Below are positions 1 to 10,882 of a stretch of DNA of 64,000 nt, in pieces. The stretch spans positions 2,375,244-2,439,243 of the forward strand of contig CAWARU010000001.1 in the NCBI GenBank assembly GCA_963784575.1, given 5' to 3'. The stretch comes from an uncultured Gammaproteobacteria bacterium (GTDB lineage: Bacteria > Pseudomonadota > Gammaproteobacteria > UBA6186 > Azoamicaceae). Made by a program: the position numbers and the translations under genes. The notes beneath the pieces are model-generated. The model was not told the DNA's origin. It saw only the letters and a program-made list of their open reading frames with translations, and did not search any database. Position 1 is the first letter of the stretch; the number at the start of each line of letters is the position of its first letter.

Positions 1-141
1 GCTGTAGATTTAAATGAAACTGATATACAGAAAGTCATTAGTGACACCTATTCTGAAGATAATTCAGTTGAATCGGAGAGAGGTAGGAAGTTTATCAATA
101 ATATTTTTAAGTTTTTGGATAAATGTAACATTTATTTATAG
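1..141 (+). CDS. 3-prime end of an unidentified CDS that continues upstream of the window (partial)
   Basis: Frame 1 is open from base 1 to TAG at 139-141 (...FINNIFKFLDKCNIYL*). No domain recognised. Confidence 0.3.
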   Translation, partial: AVDLNETDIQKVISDTYSEDNSVESERGRKFINNIFKFLDKCNIYL

Positions 142-227
142 GCTTCAATTTGTATATTCTTAATTTTTTAAGTAATGGTATGAAATGAACACGCAGTTCA
201 TTTACCTGCATTTTATTTGAGGGTATT

Positions 228-1997
228 ATGTCTAAACCAAATTATATTCTAGGTACGGGTCTTTCTCATGATGGCTCTACCTGTCTTTTACGTGATGGTA
301 AAATAGTGGTTGCAATTGAAAAAGAAAGATTAACAAGGAAAAAACATGATGGATATAATGATGATCGAACAATACAATACTGCTTAGACACTGCTGGAAT
401 TACTTTTAAAGATATCGATCTGGTGGTGCAAGAAACAACTTATTATAATTTATTAGAACCTGATGAGCCTGAAAAAGTAAAGGGAAGAATTATTCCTAAA
501 GATATTCCGACTGTCACAATTTCACATCATTTGGCCCATGCTTATAGCGCTATTGGTACGGCTCCATTTGATACCATGTCAGTGGTAGTATTAGATGGTG
601 AAGGAAGTAATTTAGATCAATGTATTGATGTTAAAAATTGTAAACATTTACCTGAAGAAATAAAAAATTTAGCTCCCAAAAGCCAAAGAAAATATTGGGA
701 GTTTCTAAGTTATTATGCTTTTCAAGATGGTAAGATACAACCCATATTTAAGGATTTTGCAAAAATCTATGATAAAAAATCAGACAATTTTGTAATTTGG
801 TTGAGTACTCTTGGTGAATTTTATAAAGGTATAAGTACCTATATTTTCGATCAATGGTTTGCAGAGGGTAAAACCATGGGGCTCGCTCCATTTGGGAAAC
901 CAAATATATTTTCATTTGAAGCATTTAATTTTAATGACGGACGAATTGGGTTAAATAAAGATTGGATGGTACATTTTCAAGAAAAAAATAGCGGCGAATT
1001 TTTAGGTTTTTTTGAAAATTTCCAATTTTATGCAAATATGGCTTATTGGGGACAAAAGGAATTAGAAAAAGCTGTCATCGGATGTTTTAACAAAATGTAT
1101 GAATTATTTCCAAATGAAAATGTCGCCTATTCAGGTGGTGTTGCTCTAAACGCAGTAGCAAATTCTAAATTATTTTCAACCACTCAATTTAAGAATTTCC
1201 ATGTTCATCCTTCTCCCGCTGATAACGGGCTTGCTATAGGTTGCTGTTACTATGGCTGGCTAGAATATTTTCAAAAAGAAAAGGTTCAGGACAGAGGCTC
1301 AATTTATCTCGGTAGGACATACGAAAACAATGAAGCCATTGAAATATTGTCCAAAAATTCACATTTGGTGGATTTTTATGAAAGTGATAATTATATAGAG
1401 GAAACTGCCAATTTCCTTGCTGAAGGAAAAATAGTTGGTTGGTTTCAAGGTGGATCGGAATTTGGTCCAAGAGCGCTTGGTCATAGAAGTATCTTAGCAG
1501 ACCCTAGAAAACCTGGCATAAGAAATTTTATAAATAGAAAAATTAAACACAGAGAAGATTTTCGGCCATTTGCTCCTTCTGTGTTAATGGAAGACTTAAA
1601 AACATATTTTGACTGTGATTTTGAAAAGAGTCCCTATATGATTCAAGTGGGTAGAGTAAGACCTGAGTTTGCAGCAGAAATACCTGCAGTAGTTCATACA
1701 GATCTGTCTGCAAGAGTACAATCAGTTGAAGAACATTTGTTTCCTGAATACTATCAATTAATTAGAGCATTTAAAACTAAAACTAAACTTCCCATATTAT
1801 TAAATACTTCTTTCAATGGTGCAAATATGCCGATTGTTGAGACACCTGAAGAAGCCATTAATTTTTTTATAGAAATTCAAAACATTGATGTGTTGGTCAT
1901 AAATAATATCATTATAAAAAATAAAACTCCAAAATATTTAAGATTTATTTGTATGACCAAATATCAAGGCAGTGCAGATGATTATCCATCCGTTTAA
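228..1997 (+). CDS. Carbamoyltransferase, NodU/CmcH family
   Basis: 589-aa ORF. N-terminal ILGTGLSHDGSTCLL..AIEKERLTRKKH and C-terminal GPRALGHRSIL, REDFRPFAPSV and NTSFN motifs are typical of this family. Confidence 0.85.
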   Translation: MSKPNYILGTGLSHDGSTCLLRDGKIVVAIEKERLTRKKHDGYNDDRTIQYCLDTAGITFKDIDLVVQETTYYNLLEPDEPEKVKGRIIPKDIPTVTISHHLAHAYSAIGTAPFDTMSVVVLDGEGSNLDQCIDVKNCKHLPEEIKNLAPKSQRKYWEFLSYYAFQDGKIQPIFKDFAKIYDKKSDNFVIWLSTLGEFYKGISTYIFDQWFAEGKTMGLAPFGKPNIFSFEAFNFNDGRIGLNKDWMVHFQEKNSGEFLGFFENFQFYANMAYWGQKELEKAVIGCFNKMYELFPNENVAYSGGVALNAVANSKLFSTTQFKNFHVHPSPADNGLAIGCCYYGWLEYFQKEKVQDRGSIYLGRTYENNEAIEILSKNSHLVDFYESDNYIEETANFLAEGKIVGWFQGGSEFGPRALGHRSILADPRKPGIRNFINRKIKHREDFRPFAPSVLMEDLKTYFDCDFEKSPYMIQVGRVRPEFAAEIPAVVHTDLSARVQSVEEHLFPEYYQLIRAFKTKTKLPILLNTSFNGANMPIVETPEEAINFFIEIQNIDVLVINNIIIKNKTPKYLRFICMTKYQGSADDYPSV

Positions 1998-3108
1998 AGG
2001 ATCACGCCCTTCTAAAGAACAGCAAAATTCAGTAATAAATTTAAATGAGAGGTTATTTGATCCAACACAATCTATCGACCATTTTTCAGAAGTTTATGAT
2101 TTTCTTGAAAACCAACAAGCTCACTATATTCAAGACAGTGAGCCTTGCTACTACGTGTACCGTTTGGAATCAGACTATGGCTGTCAAACAGGGGTTATTG
2201 CATTAGTAGATTTGAATCATATGACATGCAATATCCACCCTCACGAGGAAGTAAAGCAATGGAAGAGCGATCTTTACATTGAGTTTCTGAATACCAAAAA
2301 AATACAGGCTAATCCTATTATCTTATTGCATAATTTTCTAGAGCCCATTCAATTACTGTTGCAAAGATTAACAGTCTCAGATCCAAATATCGATATTAAA
2401 TCTGTTGCGGGATGTAGTCATAAACTGTGGGTGATTGAAAATACTGATCTAATTAATTTGATTAATGATAATTATAAATTTATCAGTCATTATTATATTG
2501 GGGATGGACATCATCGCTATTATGCTGCAAAAAAAGGTTTTTTAGGGAATACAAAATCCTATTTGCTTTGTTGGCTTATTTCAGATGCAGAAGCATGTGT
2601 TCTACCTTTTCATTGGATCGTACCCATGCTAGGTGCGGTGGACAGAAAAATATTGTTTAGAGAATTGGGCCAGCATTTTGACATATATATTCGATCTATT
2701 GCTGTACAGCCTAAAATGCCAAATCAACTCGGATTATACATTGATGCTACCTGGTATCATCTAGAAATGAAATCCTCTAAGCCTGCATCACATATGAGTG
2801 TTTTTCTGAAAGAGTTTCTTAATCAAAAATTTGGTATTAACAATGTTATTAATACTTATGTTGATGTTCATAAGCTCGCAACAACGGTGAGTAATTCAAT
2901 GCATGATCTTGCTTTTTCTTTCCCAGAAATCAATATTAGCGATCTTCTCTCTTGGATTAATTCTGGACATATATTGCCTGTAAATACTACGTATTTTGTA
3001 CCAAAGCCCGCTATTGGATTAGTTAATTATTGTTTCGATCCCTCGATTACATCTCGAAATGAAACTAGATTAACTTCTAATAAAGAATCACTAACCTCCC
3101 CAAGCTAA
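1978..3108 (+). CDS. DUF1015 family protein (function unknown)
   Basis: Overlaps the previous gene by 20 nt. Starts MIIHPFKG (typical DUF1015 N-terminus) and contains GDGHHRY. Confidence 0.6.
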   Translation: MIIHPFKGSRPSKEQQNSVINLNERLFDPTQSIDHFSEVYDFLENQQAHYIQDSEPCYYVYRLESDYGCQTGVIALVDLNHMTCNIHPHEEVKQWKSDLYIEFLNTKKIQANPIILLHNFLEPIQLLLQRLTVSDPNIDIKSVAGCSHKLWVIENTDLINLINDNYKFISHYYIGDGHHRYYAAKKGFLGNTKSYLLCWLISDAEACVLPFHWIVPMLGAVDRKILFRELGQHFDIYIRSIAVQPKMPNQLGLYIDATWYHLEMKSSKPASHMSVFLKEFLNQKFGINNVINTYVDVHKLATTVSNSMHDLAFSFPEINISDLLSWINSGHILPVNTTYFVPKPAIGLVNYCFDPSITSRNETRLTSNKESLTSPS

Positions 3109-3189
3109 TTAACTGACGCTTATTAAATTGCTATAATTGCTATAGTGGAATATCAGGTTCGATTTGAGTGTTGTTTGTTAAGGAAAGTC

Positions 3190-3414
3190 TTAACTATTCT
3201 TAGCTTCTTCCATTTGCCTTCTTAAACTTAAAGGCCTCATATCTGTCCAAACCTCATCAACGTATGCTGCACATACTTCTTTTGTGCCTTCGATTCCTGT
3301 TTCTTTCCAGCCAAAAGGTATTTCTTTCTTAAAGCTCGGCCAAAAAGAATATTGCTCTTCAATATTAACCAGAACCTTGAAGGTTTGGGTTTCTTCTTTT
3401 TCATTCATAACCAT
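3190..3414 (-). CDS. MbtH-like protein (NRPS adenylation-domain chaperone family)
   Basis: The internal ATG at 3414 gives about 74 aa. [28 protein letters not shown] matches the MbtH signature with its invariant Trp residues. The 36 upstream codons of the tracked ORF are probably untranslated. Confidence 0.85.
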   Translation of the reverse strand: MVMNEKEETQTFKVLVNIEEQYSFWPSFKKEIPFGWKETGIEGTKEVCAAYVDEVWTDMRPLSLRRQMEEAKNS

Positions 3415-3695
3415 TTCGACTCCTAAGTTATTGCTAGTTTGAAAAAATAAGGTAACATTCTTAGATAAGCATTGTTGAGTGAAATCAATATTTGACGACT
3501 GTCCGCCGTGCTTTTCAGCCACTCAATTTGAAGTTAATTATACCCGCTTTTTGGAATTCATGCGATTATTTTATGACTTTTTCATATCGCAAGACTGGGA
3601 GGTAAAGTTAGTTAATATAACATTAATAGAATCTTGAATTCTTGAACATGTACTGTTAAAGTGGTTTATGGCGAATTTGAGGATGATTTTATTCA

Positions 3696-4662
3696 ATGAT
3701 AATTGACAGTATAGCAGATGTAAAGAGCAGTCCTATTTTTTTTAACATGAAAGGATTTGTGCCTTCGGATCTTTTATTAAAACTAGAAGGATTGAATATT
3801 GCAAAGTCAATCAAACTTAAAACAGCTAGGCACATGTTAGAAGCCCATGAGAAAAATGGTAATGTTATAAAAAACAAATCCCGAATTATTTGCTCAAGCT
3901 CAGGTAATTTGGCTATTGCTTTGGCTATACTTTGCAAAGAAAAAAAATATCCTATGATTGCAGTAGTAGATCCAAATACCAACTTACTGTCAAAAAAATT
4001 AATACCTTTATATGGTGGAGAACTTATTGAAGTTACAGAGCGTGATAGCAATGGGGGTTTCCTTCAAACCAGGATAGATTTAATTAATAAAATGCTTAAG
4101 GAAGATAAGTATCTATTTTGGATTAACCAATATGACGATCTGGAAAATTGTCATGCACATTATCACACCACAGCGGGTGAAATATTAAAGGAGGTTCCAG
4201 ACATCACCCATTTGTTTATTGGAGCAGGTACAACCGGGACTCTAATGGGCTGTGCTCAATATTTTAGGCAATACTCACCAAAGACCAAAGTTATAGCCGT
4301 AGATGCTGTGGGATTCTGTAACTTTCTCAAAAGTTCCAGCTAAACGGTATATTCCTGGTTTGGGTACCAGTATCGCACCTTCTATTGCAGATAAAAATGC
4401 TGTGGATGATATTATTTGGGTTCAAGAAAAAGACACGATTCGAACCTGCTATGAGATTTTGGAAAATCTTGGATTATGGATAGGTGGTTCAACTGGCACT
4501 GTATTACATGGTGTTCGTCAATACTCTATGGAATCATCCAAAAACAAAATAGTAGCTATAAGTCCTGATTTTGGAGACGCTTATTTAGATTCTGTCTATA
4601 ATTTTGATTGGATCAGAAGTAAGTACAATTGTGAAATTAAGGATATTTTACATGGAAGCTAA
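3696..4662 (+). pseudogene. sbnA: SbnA-like PLP enzyme (cysteine-synthase fold; first step of L-2,3-diaminopropionate synthesis), split by a 1-nt frameshift
   Basis: ORFs 3696-4343 and 4303-4662 lie in different frames and together give a full-length protein (KLEGLNIAKSIKLKTA lysine motif, SSGNLAIALA, GAGTTGT, IPGLGTS). Removing one T at 4314-4315 restores ..AVDAVGSVTFSKVPAKRYIPGLG.. Confidence 0.7.
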
Positions 4663-5689
4663 TTTACGTATAGTTGCTGCGAAGGTAATATCTGAAATTT
4701 TGAATAATAATACTGAAGCTTTATATAAAATAGTTAAAGATTGTTATTCAATGCATGATGAAGGTGGCAGCCTGACGGCGCCAAGTGCATTTCTCTTATT
4801 CCCTCATAAACCAGAAGCAAGAATTATCGGGCTCTCTGCAGCAATCAAACCCGATCAGAAAAATTTTAGTGAAATTGCAGGTATGAAATGGATTGCAAGC
4901 TATCCTAAAAATATTCAAAATAACTTACCGAGAGCTTCTGCCGTAATTATTTTAAATCATCCTGAAACAGGATTTCCAATAGCATGCCTTGAAGGTTCTT
5001 TAATCAGTGCTGCTCGTACTGCATTGTCTGCAGTCGCCGGAGCGGAATTCTTGTATAATCGTCATAAAGTTTGTTCTGCATTGGGCATTATTGGCAATGG
5101 TTTTATTGCAAAAAATATTTTAAAATATTTAATTTTACTCAATTGGGAAATAGATGAGATATATTTATATGATACTTTTCCTGCCTCGAGTAAGTCGTTT
5201 CAGCAGTATGCACAATCTTTAGGCAATTTTAAGGTAGTTATTCATCATTCTTCTGATAAGGTAATTCAATCATCGGATTTAATTATCTTTGCTACTACGG
5301 AAAGAACACCCAATGTTAAAAACCTAGATTTATTTCGACACAATCCTTGCGTTTTGCATATTTCATTACGTGATCTTGCTAACAATATTATTTTAAATAG
5401 TACAAATGTTGTGGATGATATTGAACATATTTTATCAGCAAAAACATCGGTACATCTTGCTTATGAAGAGAATAATCAAGATAGATCTTTTATTAACGGC
5501 ACTATTGGCCAGATGATATCAGGTACGCGATCTCTTCCGAGCGGTCGTAGCATAATTTATTCACCTATGGGCTTGGGAATATTAGACATCGCAGTGAGTC
5601 AATTTGTCTATCAGCAATCAATACAGTCTAATACATTTACTAATATTGAAAATTTTCTCCCATTAGAAAATTCTGTAATCGCAAGTTAA
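4652..5689 (+). CDS. sbnB: SbnB-like ornithine cyclodeaminase/mu-crystallin family dehydrogenase (second step of L-Dap synthesis)
   Basis: ATG at 4652 (MEANLRIV) overlaps the sbnA-like stop. Contains the Rossmann motif GIIGNGFIAK and sits next to the sbnA-like gene. Confidence 0.75.
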   Translation: MEANLRIVAAKVISEILNNNTEALYKIVKDCYSMHDEGGSLTAPSAFLLFPHKPEARIIGLSAAIKPDQKNFSEIAGMKWIASYPKNIQNNLPRASAVIILNHPETGFPIACLEGSLISAARTALSAVAGAEFLYNRHKVCSALGIIGNGFIAKNILKYLILLNWEIDEIYLYDTFPASSKSFQQYAQSLGNFKVVIHHSSDKVIQSSDLIIFATTERTPNVKNLDLFRHNPCVLHISLRDLANNIILNSTNVVDDIEHILSAKTSVHLAYEENNQDRSFINGTIGQMISGTRSLPSGRSIIYSPMGLGILDIAVSQFVYQQSIQSNTFTNIENFLPLENSVIAS

Positions 5690-5727
5690 GAATTATGATT
5701 ACCAAGCAATTAGGAAACTGCTGATAC

Positions 5728-6954
5728 ATGTATTCATTAAAAAATCCTCCTGCAACTCTCCTTCTAGAAGATGGATCTTTGTTTCATGGTTATTCTTTTG
5801 GAGTTGACGGATCCACATTAGGCGAAGTTGTTTTCAATACTTCAATGACCGGCTATCAAGAAATGTTGAGCGATTGCTCTTATGCTGGGCAAATTTTAAC
5901 TCTCTCTTATCCGCATATCGGAAATACTGGAATTAATTTGGAAGATAATGAATCTCATCGGATCTGGGCTCATGGTTTAATTGTTCGTCAATATTCAGAA
6001 TATTATAGCAATTGGCGCGCAGAAAAATCATTATCTTCGTTTCTAATGGAACAAAATGTTGTTGCCATCAGTCAAATTGATACCCGCTCTTTAATTCACG
6101 TGCTTCGAGAAAAAGGTTCGATGATGGGTTGCATTATTTCTGAAAGACTAGAAAAAAACTCGTTAAACTACCAAAATTCTTTATTACGATTAAAAGAATA
6201 TATCTTGAAAAAAACCATGGAAATGGATTTTACAAAAGAAGTTTCTTTAAAATCTTTTCAAGAATGGACTCTGAAAGAAAGAATGAATTCAAGTCCTACA
6301 CAACAAAATCTTCTTAATTTTAAAACCCCACATATTATTATTTATGATTTTGGTTTTAAGCACAATATTCCAAATTGTCTTCGCGCACTTGGTTGTCAGA
6401 TTACCATTATCCCTGCAAACACATCAGTTTCAGAATTTCTCAGAATTTTACCCGTTCCAAGTGGCATAGTTCTATCCAATGGCCCAGGCAATCCTAATTC
6501 CCTTAAAGATACAATTACGTTGGTTTCAGAGCTCATTGAAACGAATTTACCAATTCTTGGTATTTGCTTAGGACATCAATTATTAGCGCTTGCAAGTGGT
6601 GCAAGGGTTACCAAGATGAAATTTGGACATCACGGTGCGAATCATCCTGTCCTAAATCTAAAAACAGGTCACGTCATGATCACCAGTCAAAATCATGGAT
6701 ACACTGTTCAAGAAGAGTCTTTGCCGCCTGCATTTGAAATGACATATCGATCTTTATTCGATGGGACTTTACAAGGCTTTCAGCATACAGAAAAGCCCAT
6801 TATGGGGTTTCAAGGACATCCAGAAGCTAGTCCCGGACCTGAAGAAAGTATAGAAATATTCAAAGACTTTTTAACTATTGTAATGAACGAAAACAAAAAA
6901 CTTCCATCGGAACAACAGCCATTTAACTTCAAGCAGGTCATTGAAAATGCCTAG
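5728..6954 (+). CDS. carA: Carbamoyl-phosphate synthase small (glutaminase) subunit
   Basis: 408 aa. N-terminal [14 protein letters not shown], catalytic Cys context [10 protein letters not shown], plus HGANHPV and GFQGHPEA. Confidence 0.95.
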   Translation: MYSLKNPPATLLLEDGSLFHGYSFGVDGSTLGEVVFNTSMTGYQEMLSDCSYAGQILTLSYPHIGNTGINLEDNESHRIWAHGLIVRQYSEYYSNWRAEKSLSSFLMEQNVVAISQIDTRSLIHVLREKGSMMGCIISERLEKNSLNYQNSLLRLKEYILKKTMEMDFTKEVSLKSFQEWTLKERMNSSPTQQNLLNFKTPHIIIYDFGFKHNIPNCLRALGCQITIIPANTSVSEFLRILPVPSGIVLSNGPGNPNSLKDTITLVSELIETNLPILGICLGHQLLALASGARVTKMKFGHHGANHPVLNLKTGHVMITSQNHGYTVQEESLPPAFEMTYRSLFDGTLQGFQHTEKPIMGFQGHPEASPGPEESIEIFKDFLTIVMNENKKLPSEQQPFNFKQVIENA

Positions 6955-9832
6955 ACGATCAGATATTAATAGCATACTCATTATTGGCTCAGGTCCCATC
7001 ATTATTGGGCAAGGCTGTGAATTCGATTACTCTGGCGTACAAGCTTGCAGAGCTTTAAAAGAAGAAGGATACAAAATCATTCTGGTCAATTCTAATCCTG
7101 CAACGATAATGACCGATCCCGATTTCAGTGAAGTCACATACATCGAGCCTATCAATTGGAAAGAAATTACCAAGATTATCCTCAAAGAAAAACCTGATGC
7201 ATTGCTCCCCACCATGGGCGGCCAAACAGCTTTAAATTGCACATTGGATCTTTATAAAGAGGGTATCTTAAAAAAATACAACATAAAACTTATTGGCGCT
7301 TCAATCGATGCCATAGAAAAAGCCGAAAATCGAGAGCTTTTTCGAAAAGCCATGCAAACCATAGGTTTAGAGGTGCCTCGTTCTTCTGTCGCCACGTCCC
7401 TAGAAGAAGCGAAAGAAATTCAAACCACACTTGGATTTCCTACCATTATTCGTCCTTCTTATACCTTAGGAGGACATGGTGGCGGCATAGCGCACAATCA
7501 GCAAGAGTTTCTAGACATTTGCGAAAGAGGATTTGCATATTCTCCCATTCATACTTTATTAATTGAAGAGTCGTTATTGGGGTGGAAGGAATTCGAGCTT
7601 GAAGTTGTGCGTGACAAAAATGATAATTGTATTATAGTCTGCACCATAGAAAACATTGATCCCATGGGCATTCATACGGGTGATTCCATTACCTGTGCCC
7701 CCGCACAAACCTTAACCGATTTAGAATATCAGAAAATGCGAACTGCAGCGATTACCATACTACGAGAGGTGGGTGTTGAAACAGGCGGTGCAAACGTACA
7801 ATTTGCTGTAGACCCTAAAAACGGCAGAATGCTTGTTATCGAAATGAATCCTCGTGTTTCTCGTTCCTCCGCACTTGCCTCAAAAGCCACTGGATTTCCC
7901 ATTGCAAAAATAGCTGCCAAGCTCGCAATTGGTTATACTCTAGATGAATTAAAAAATGATATTACAAAAGGCTCGATTCCAGCTTCTTTTGAACCCACCT
8001 TAGACTATGTAGTCATAAAAATTCCCCGATTTAACTTTGATAAATTCATCGGTGCCAATCCGATTTTAACCACACAAATGAAGTCTGTTGGGGAAGTGAT
8101 GGCACTAGGGAGAACATTTCAGGAATCTCTTCAGAAAGCTTTGTGTAGTTTAGAAGCAGGTTTTGAAGGTGTTTACCCACCATTAAATTATATCACATCT
8201 AATTTATCGATTAATGAATTGAAACGGAAATTATTGGTATCTACTTTTGATCGTTTTTTTTACATATCTCTCGCATTTCAGAAAAATATGACTTTAACGG
8301 AAATAAATGAGTTGACAGGTATTGACTCCTGGTTTTTAAATCAAATCCAGGATTTAGTCATTACCGAACACAGTATTCGATCACATAATCTTGCTAACGT
8401 TGATCCCGAACATTTATTTCTATGGAAACAACAAGGGTTTAGTGACAAACGACTTGCAACCTTATTTGACACCTCTGAGGCCGAAATTCGCGCAATTAGA
8501 CATCGAAATAGTATACGGCCTGTTTATAAAAGAGTTGATAGCTGTGCTGCTGAGTTTCCAGCAAAAACGGCTTATCTTTACTCAACATATGAGACAACCT
8601 GCGAATCAAGGCCTAACCAAAACCCTAAAATTATTGTGCTTGGCAGTGGTCCGAATCGTATAGGACAAGGCATAGAATTTGATTACTGCTGCGTCCATGC
8701 TATCATGGCCATCCGTGAAGCGGGGTTTGAAACCATTATGATCAATTGTAATCCAGAAACAGTGTCCACAGATTATGATATCTCAGACCGCTTATATTTT
8801 GAACCTTTAACACTTGAAGCTGTCCTTGAAATTATTGATCTTGAAAAACCCTCTGGAATTTTCGTTCATTTTGGAGGACAAACGCCTCTTAAACTAGTTA
8901 AAAGCTTGGCTGAGTCAGGAGTAGCTTTATTAGGAACAAGCTGGCAGTCTATCCAGATTGCAGAGGATAGAAAATTATTTTTAAACCTTTTAAATCACCT
9001 TAAATTAATTCAACCTCAGAATGGAACGGCTGTCACACTTAAAGAAGGAATGGATGTTGCTAAAAAAATTGGTTATCCACTAATATTAAGACCTTCTTTT
9101 GTTCTGGGTGGACAGGCCATGAAGGTTGTTCACAATGATTCTGAATTAGAGAAATATTTTGAAAGAGCCATTCAAGTTTCCGATGGTAATCCCATATTAC
9201 TCGATAAATTTTTAGAAAATGCTATAGAAGTTGATGTTGACGCTATTTCAGATGGAAATCAAACCTTTATTGCTGGCATTTTAGAGCACCTAGAACCAGC
9301 AGGCATCCACTCTGGAGATTCAACTTGCTCTTTACCTCCTTTTAGTTTATCTCAAGATATTCAAGCAGAATTGTCAAAACAAGTAAGAATTTTAGCAGGA
9401 GCACTCCAAATTGTAGGTCCTCTAAATGTACAGTTTGCACTTAAAGACAATATTATTTATGTACTAGAAGTTAATCCCAGAGTCTCTAGAACCATGCCTT
9501 TCGTAGCAAAATCCATTGGGTTACCCATTGCAAAAATAGCAGCTCTTTCAATGCTCGGAAAATCCCTAAAAGAACAAGGTATAGAGAGAACTTATCAACA
9601 TAGCTATTTTTGTGTTAAATCGCCTGTTTTTTCATTTGATAAATTTCCTGAAGCCAATCATGAGCTAGGTCCTGAAATGAAATCAACTGGAGAAGTTATG
9701 GGCATTGACATGACTTTTGAAAAGGCCTTATTTAAAAGCAAAAGGGCTTCGTCTTCTATTTCTTCAGAAATTGATTCAGATTCCAAAGTATATTCGCTAC
9801 AAGAATTGCATAATAAGATTAATGGCACGTAA
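6947..9832 (+). CDS. carB: Carbamoyl-phosphate synthase large subunit lacking the C-terminal MGS-like allosteric domain
   Basis: ATG at 6947 overlaps the carA stop. Shows duplicated ATP-grasp halves ([17 protein letters not shown] and [17 protein letters not shown]). It is only about 961 aa and ends about 45 aa after MKSTGEVMG. Confidence 0.9.
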   Translation: MPRRSDINSILIIGSGPIIIGQGCEFDYSGVQACRALKEEGYKIILVNSNPATIMTDPDFSEVTYIEPINWKEITKIILKEKPDALLPTMGGQTALNCTLDLYKEGILKKYNIKLIGASIDAIEKAENRELFRKAMQTIGLEVPRSSVATSLEEAKEIQTTLGFPTIIRPSYTLGGHGGGIAHNQQEFLDICERGFAYSPIHTLLIEESLLGWKEFELEVVRDKNDNCIIVCTIENIDPMGIHTGDSITCAPAQTLTDLEYQKMRTAAITILREVGVETGGANVQFAVDPKNGRMLVIEMNPRVSRSSALASKATGFPIAKIAAKLAIGYTLDELKNDITKGSIPASFEPTLDYVVIKIPRFNFDKFIGANPILTTQMKSVGEVMALGRTFQESLQKALCSLEAGFEGVYPPLNYITSNLSINELKRKLLVSTFDRFFYISLAFQKNMTLTEINELTGIDSWFLNQIQDLVITEHSIRSHNLANVDPEHLFLWKQQGFSDKRLATLFDTSEAEIRAIRHRNSIRPVYKRVDSCAAEFPAKTAYLYSTYETTCESRPNQNPKIIVLGSGPNRIGQGIEFDYCCVHAIMAIREAGFETIMINCNPETVSTDYDISDRLYFEPLTLEAVLEIIDLEKPSGIFVHFGGQTPLKLVKSLAESGVALLGTSWQSIQIAEDRKLFLNLLNHLKLIQPQNGTAVTLKEGMDVAKKIGYPLILRPSFVLGGQAMKVVHNDSELEKYFERAIQVSDGNPILLDKFLENAIEVDVDAISDGNQTFIAGILEHLEPAGIHSGDSTCSLPPFSLSQDIQAELSKQVRILAGALQIVGPLNVQFALKDNIIYVLEVNPRVSRTMPFVAKSIGLPIAKIAALSMLGKSLKEQGIERTYQHSYFCVKSPVFSFDKFPEANHELGPEMKSTGEVMGIDMTFEKALFKSKRASSSISSEIDSDSKVYSLQELHNKINGT

Positions 9833-10131
9833 ATTTGTCAATCTTAAAACAATAACAATGAGTCTGAAGTAAAATTAAATTCAATTTTGGTATCTTTGGA
9901 TTCCTTATTAAATAAAGAAAAAATGACTGCAGTCATTTTGCGGTTTTCGGTCATCAGGGATGCACAACGATAGTGTCAATATTTTTTCAGACTTTTCATG
10001 TGGAGCCCCAATTTCCTTATCTAACCATCGCTTGAGTTGATTTGTAAGCCCTAAAAAATCCCACCTAGAGAAGACAACCATGATCGTTTTTAAACTCCCT
10101 CTAAGTCAAGAAATTAGGAGGGAATAACTTA

Positions 10132-10408
10132 TGAATGGTGATTTGGTTATCACGAAATATGCTAAGTGTAGATTTTCTTTTGAGGACAGACAGAGGTACT
10201 ATAATTCATGGAAAGATTCTGGATTGAATAAATTCAAATTCTGAAAGGACACAACTTGTTCGTGACAGCCTTCTCTCAACGGTGCAGCAAGCAAAATTTT
10301 TGGCTGCAGGTTAGTACGAGCTGTAACTGTTTTGAAAATGCTTCTTCTCAATCCCAAGTAGAGCTTAATGTTCCAACAGGTATCAAAACAACTCTTACAC
10401 TTTCAGTG
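10132..10408 (+). pseudogene. Decayed IS66-family tnpA (orf1)-like relic
   Basis: Short frames read RFSFEDRQRYYNSWKDSGLNKFKF* and, in a different frame, ..VELNVPTGIKTTLTLSV. These resemble the N- and C-terminal patterns of the IS66 orf1-like ORF at 14707. There are multiple stops and frame changes. Confidence 0.25.
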
Positions 10409-10882
10409 TAACTTTGCTAAGATATACATGCAGCCAGAAGCATAAGTAAACCAACTAAACTTGCGGGAAATTTTTTAAGTGAAGATGTACATGAACTATT
10501 TACATTTTTTTAATTCAGAATATCCAGCAAAAAAAATGAAAATGCTTATTCAAAAATTTGGCCAAAAAATATATATTTTTTTTTGTGCATTGCCTCCTGA
10601 GGAAGTAGGTGAAACACCGATTGCAAATAGCCATAGAATTTTTAATGCTATGAGAAGTAGTGGCTCATATTTTAGAGGTTTATGAGCAAGAAAAAATTAT
10701 GTTTCCCTGGCAAATGGGTGATTGTAAGATTTTGGATAATTTGTTAATGGCTCATGGGCATTCTCCTTATGTTGGCAATCGAAAGATCGTAGTTGCAATG
10801 ACCTAGACCTTGTATTGGATACATAGTAACTATCAGTATTGGAATTTATAATCTTAGCTTTGACATTTATTGGAGGGATAAG

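Noticed and set aside
1234-1470. Antisense or overlapping short ORFs inside well-supported genes. Examples: 1234-1470, 3689-4051, 7027-7242, 7729-7920, 8391-8663, 15696-15902, 22071-22265, 24295-24477, 25314-25571, 26325-26666, 27198-27479, 31630-31872, 33765-33980, 35084-35299, 37866-38139, 40495-41548, 49166-49519, 58120-58386, 59895-60167 and 60521-61065.
   Set aside because: All lie within or opposite long ORFs with clear family motifs, lack SD sequences and have low-complexity translations. They are shadow ORFs.
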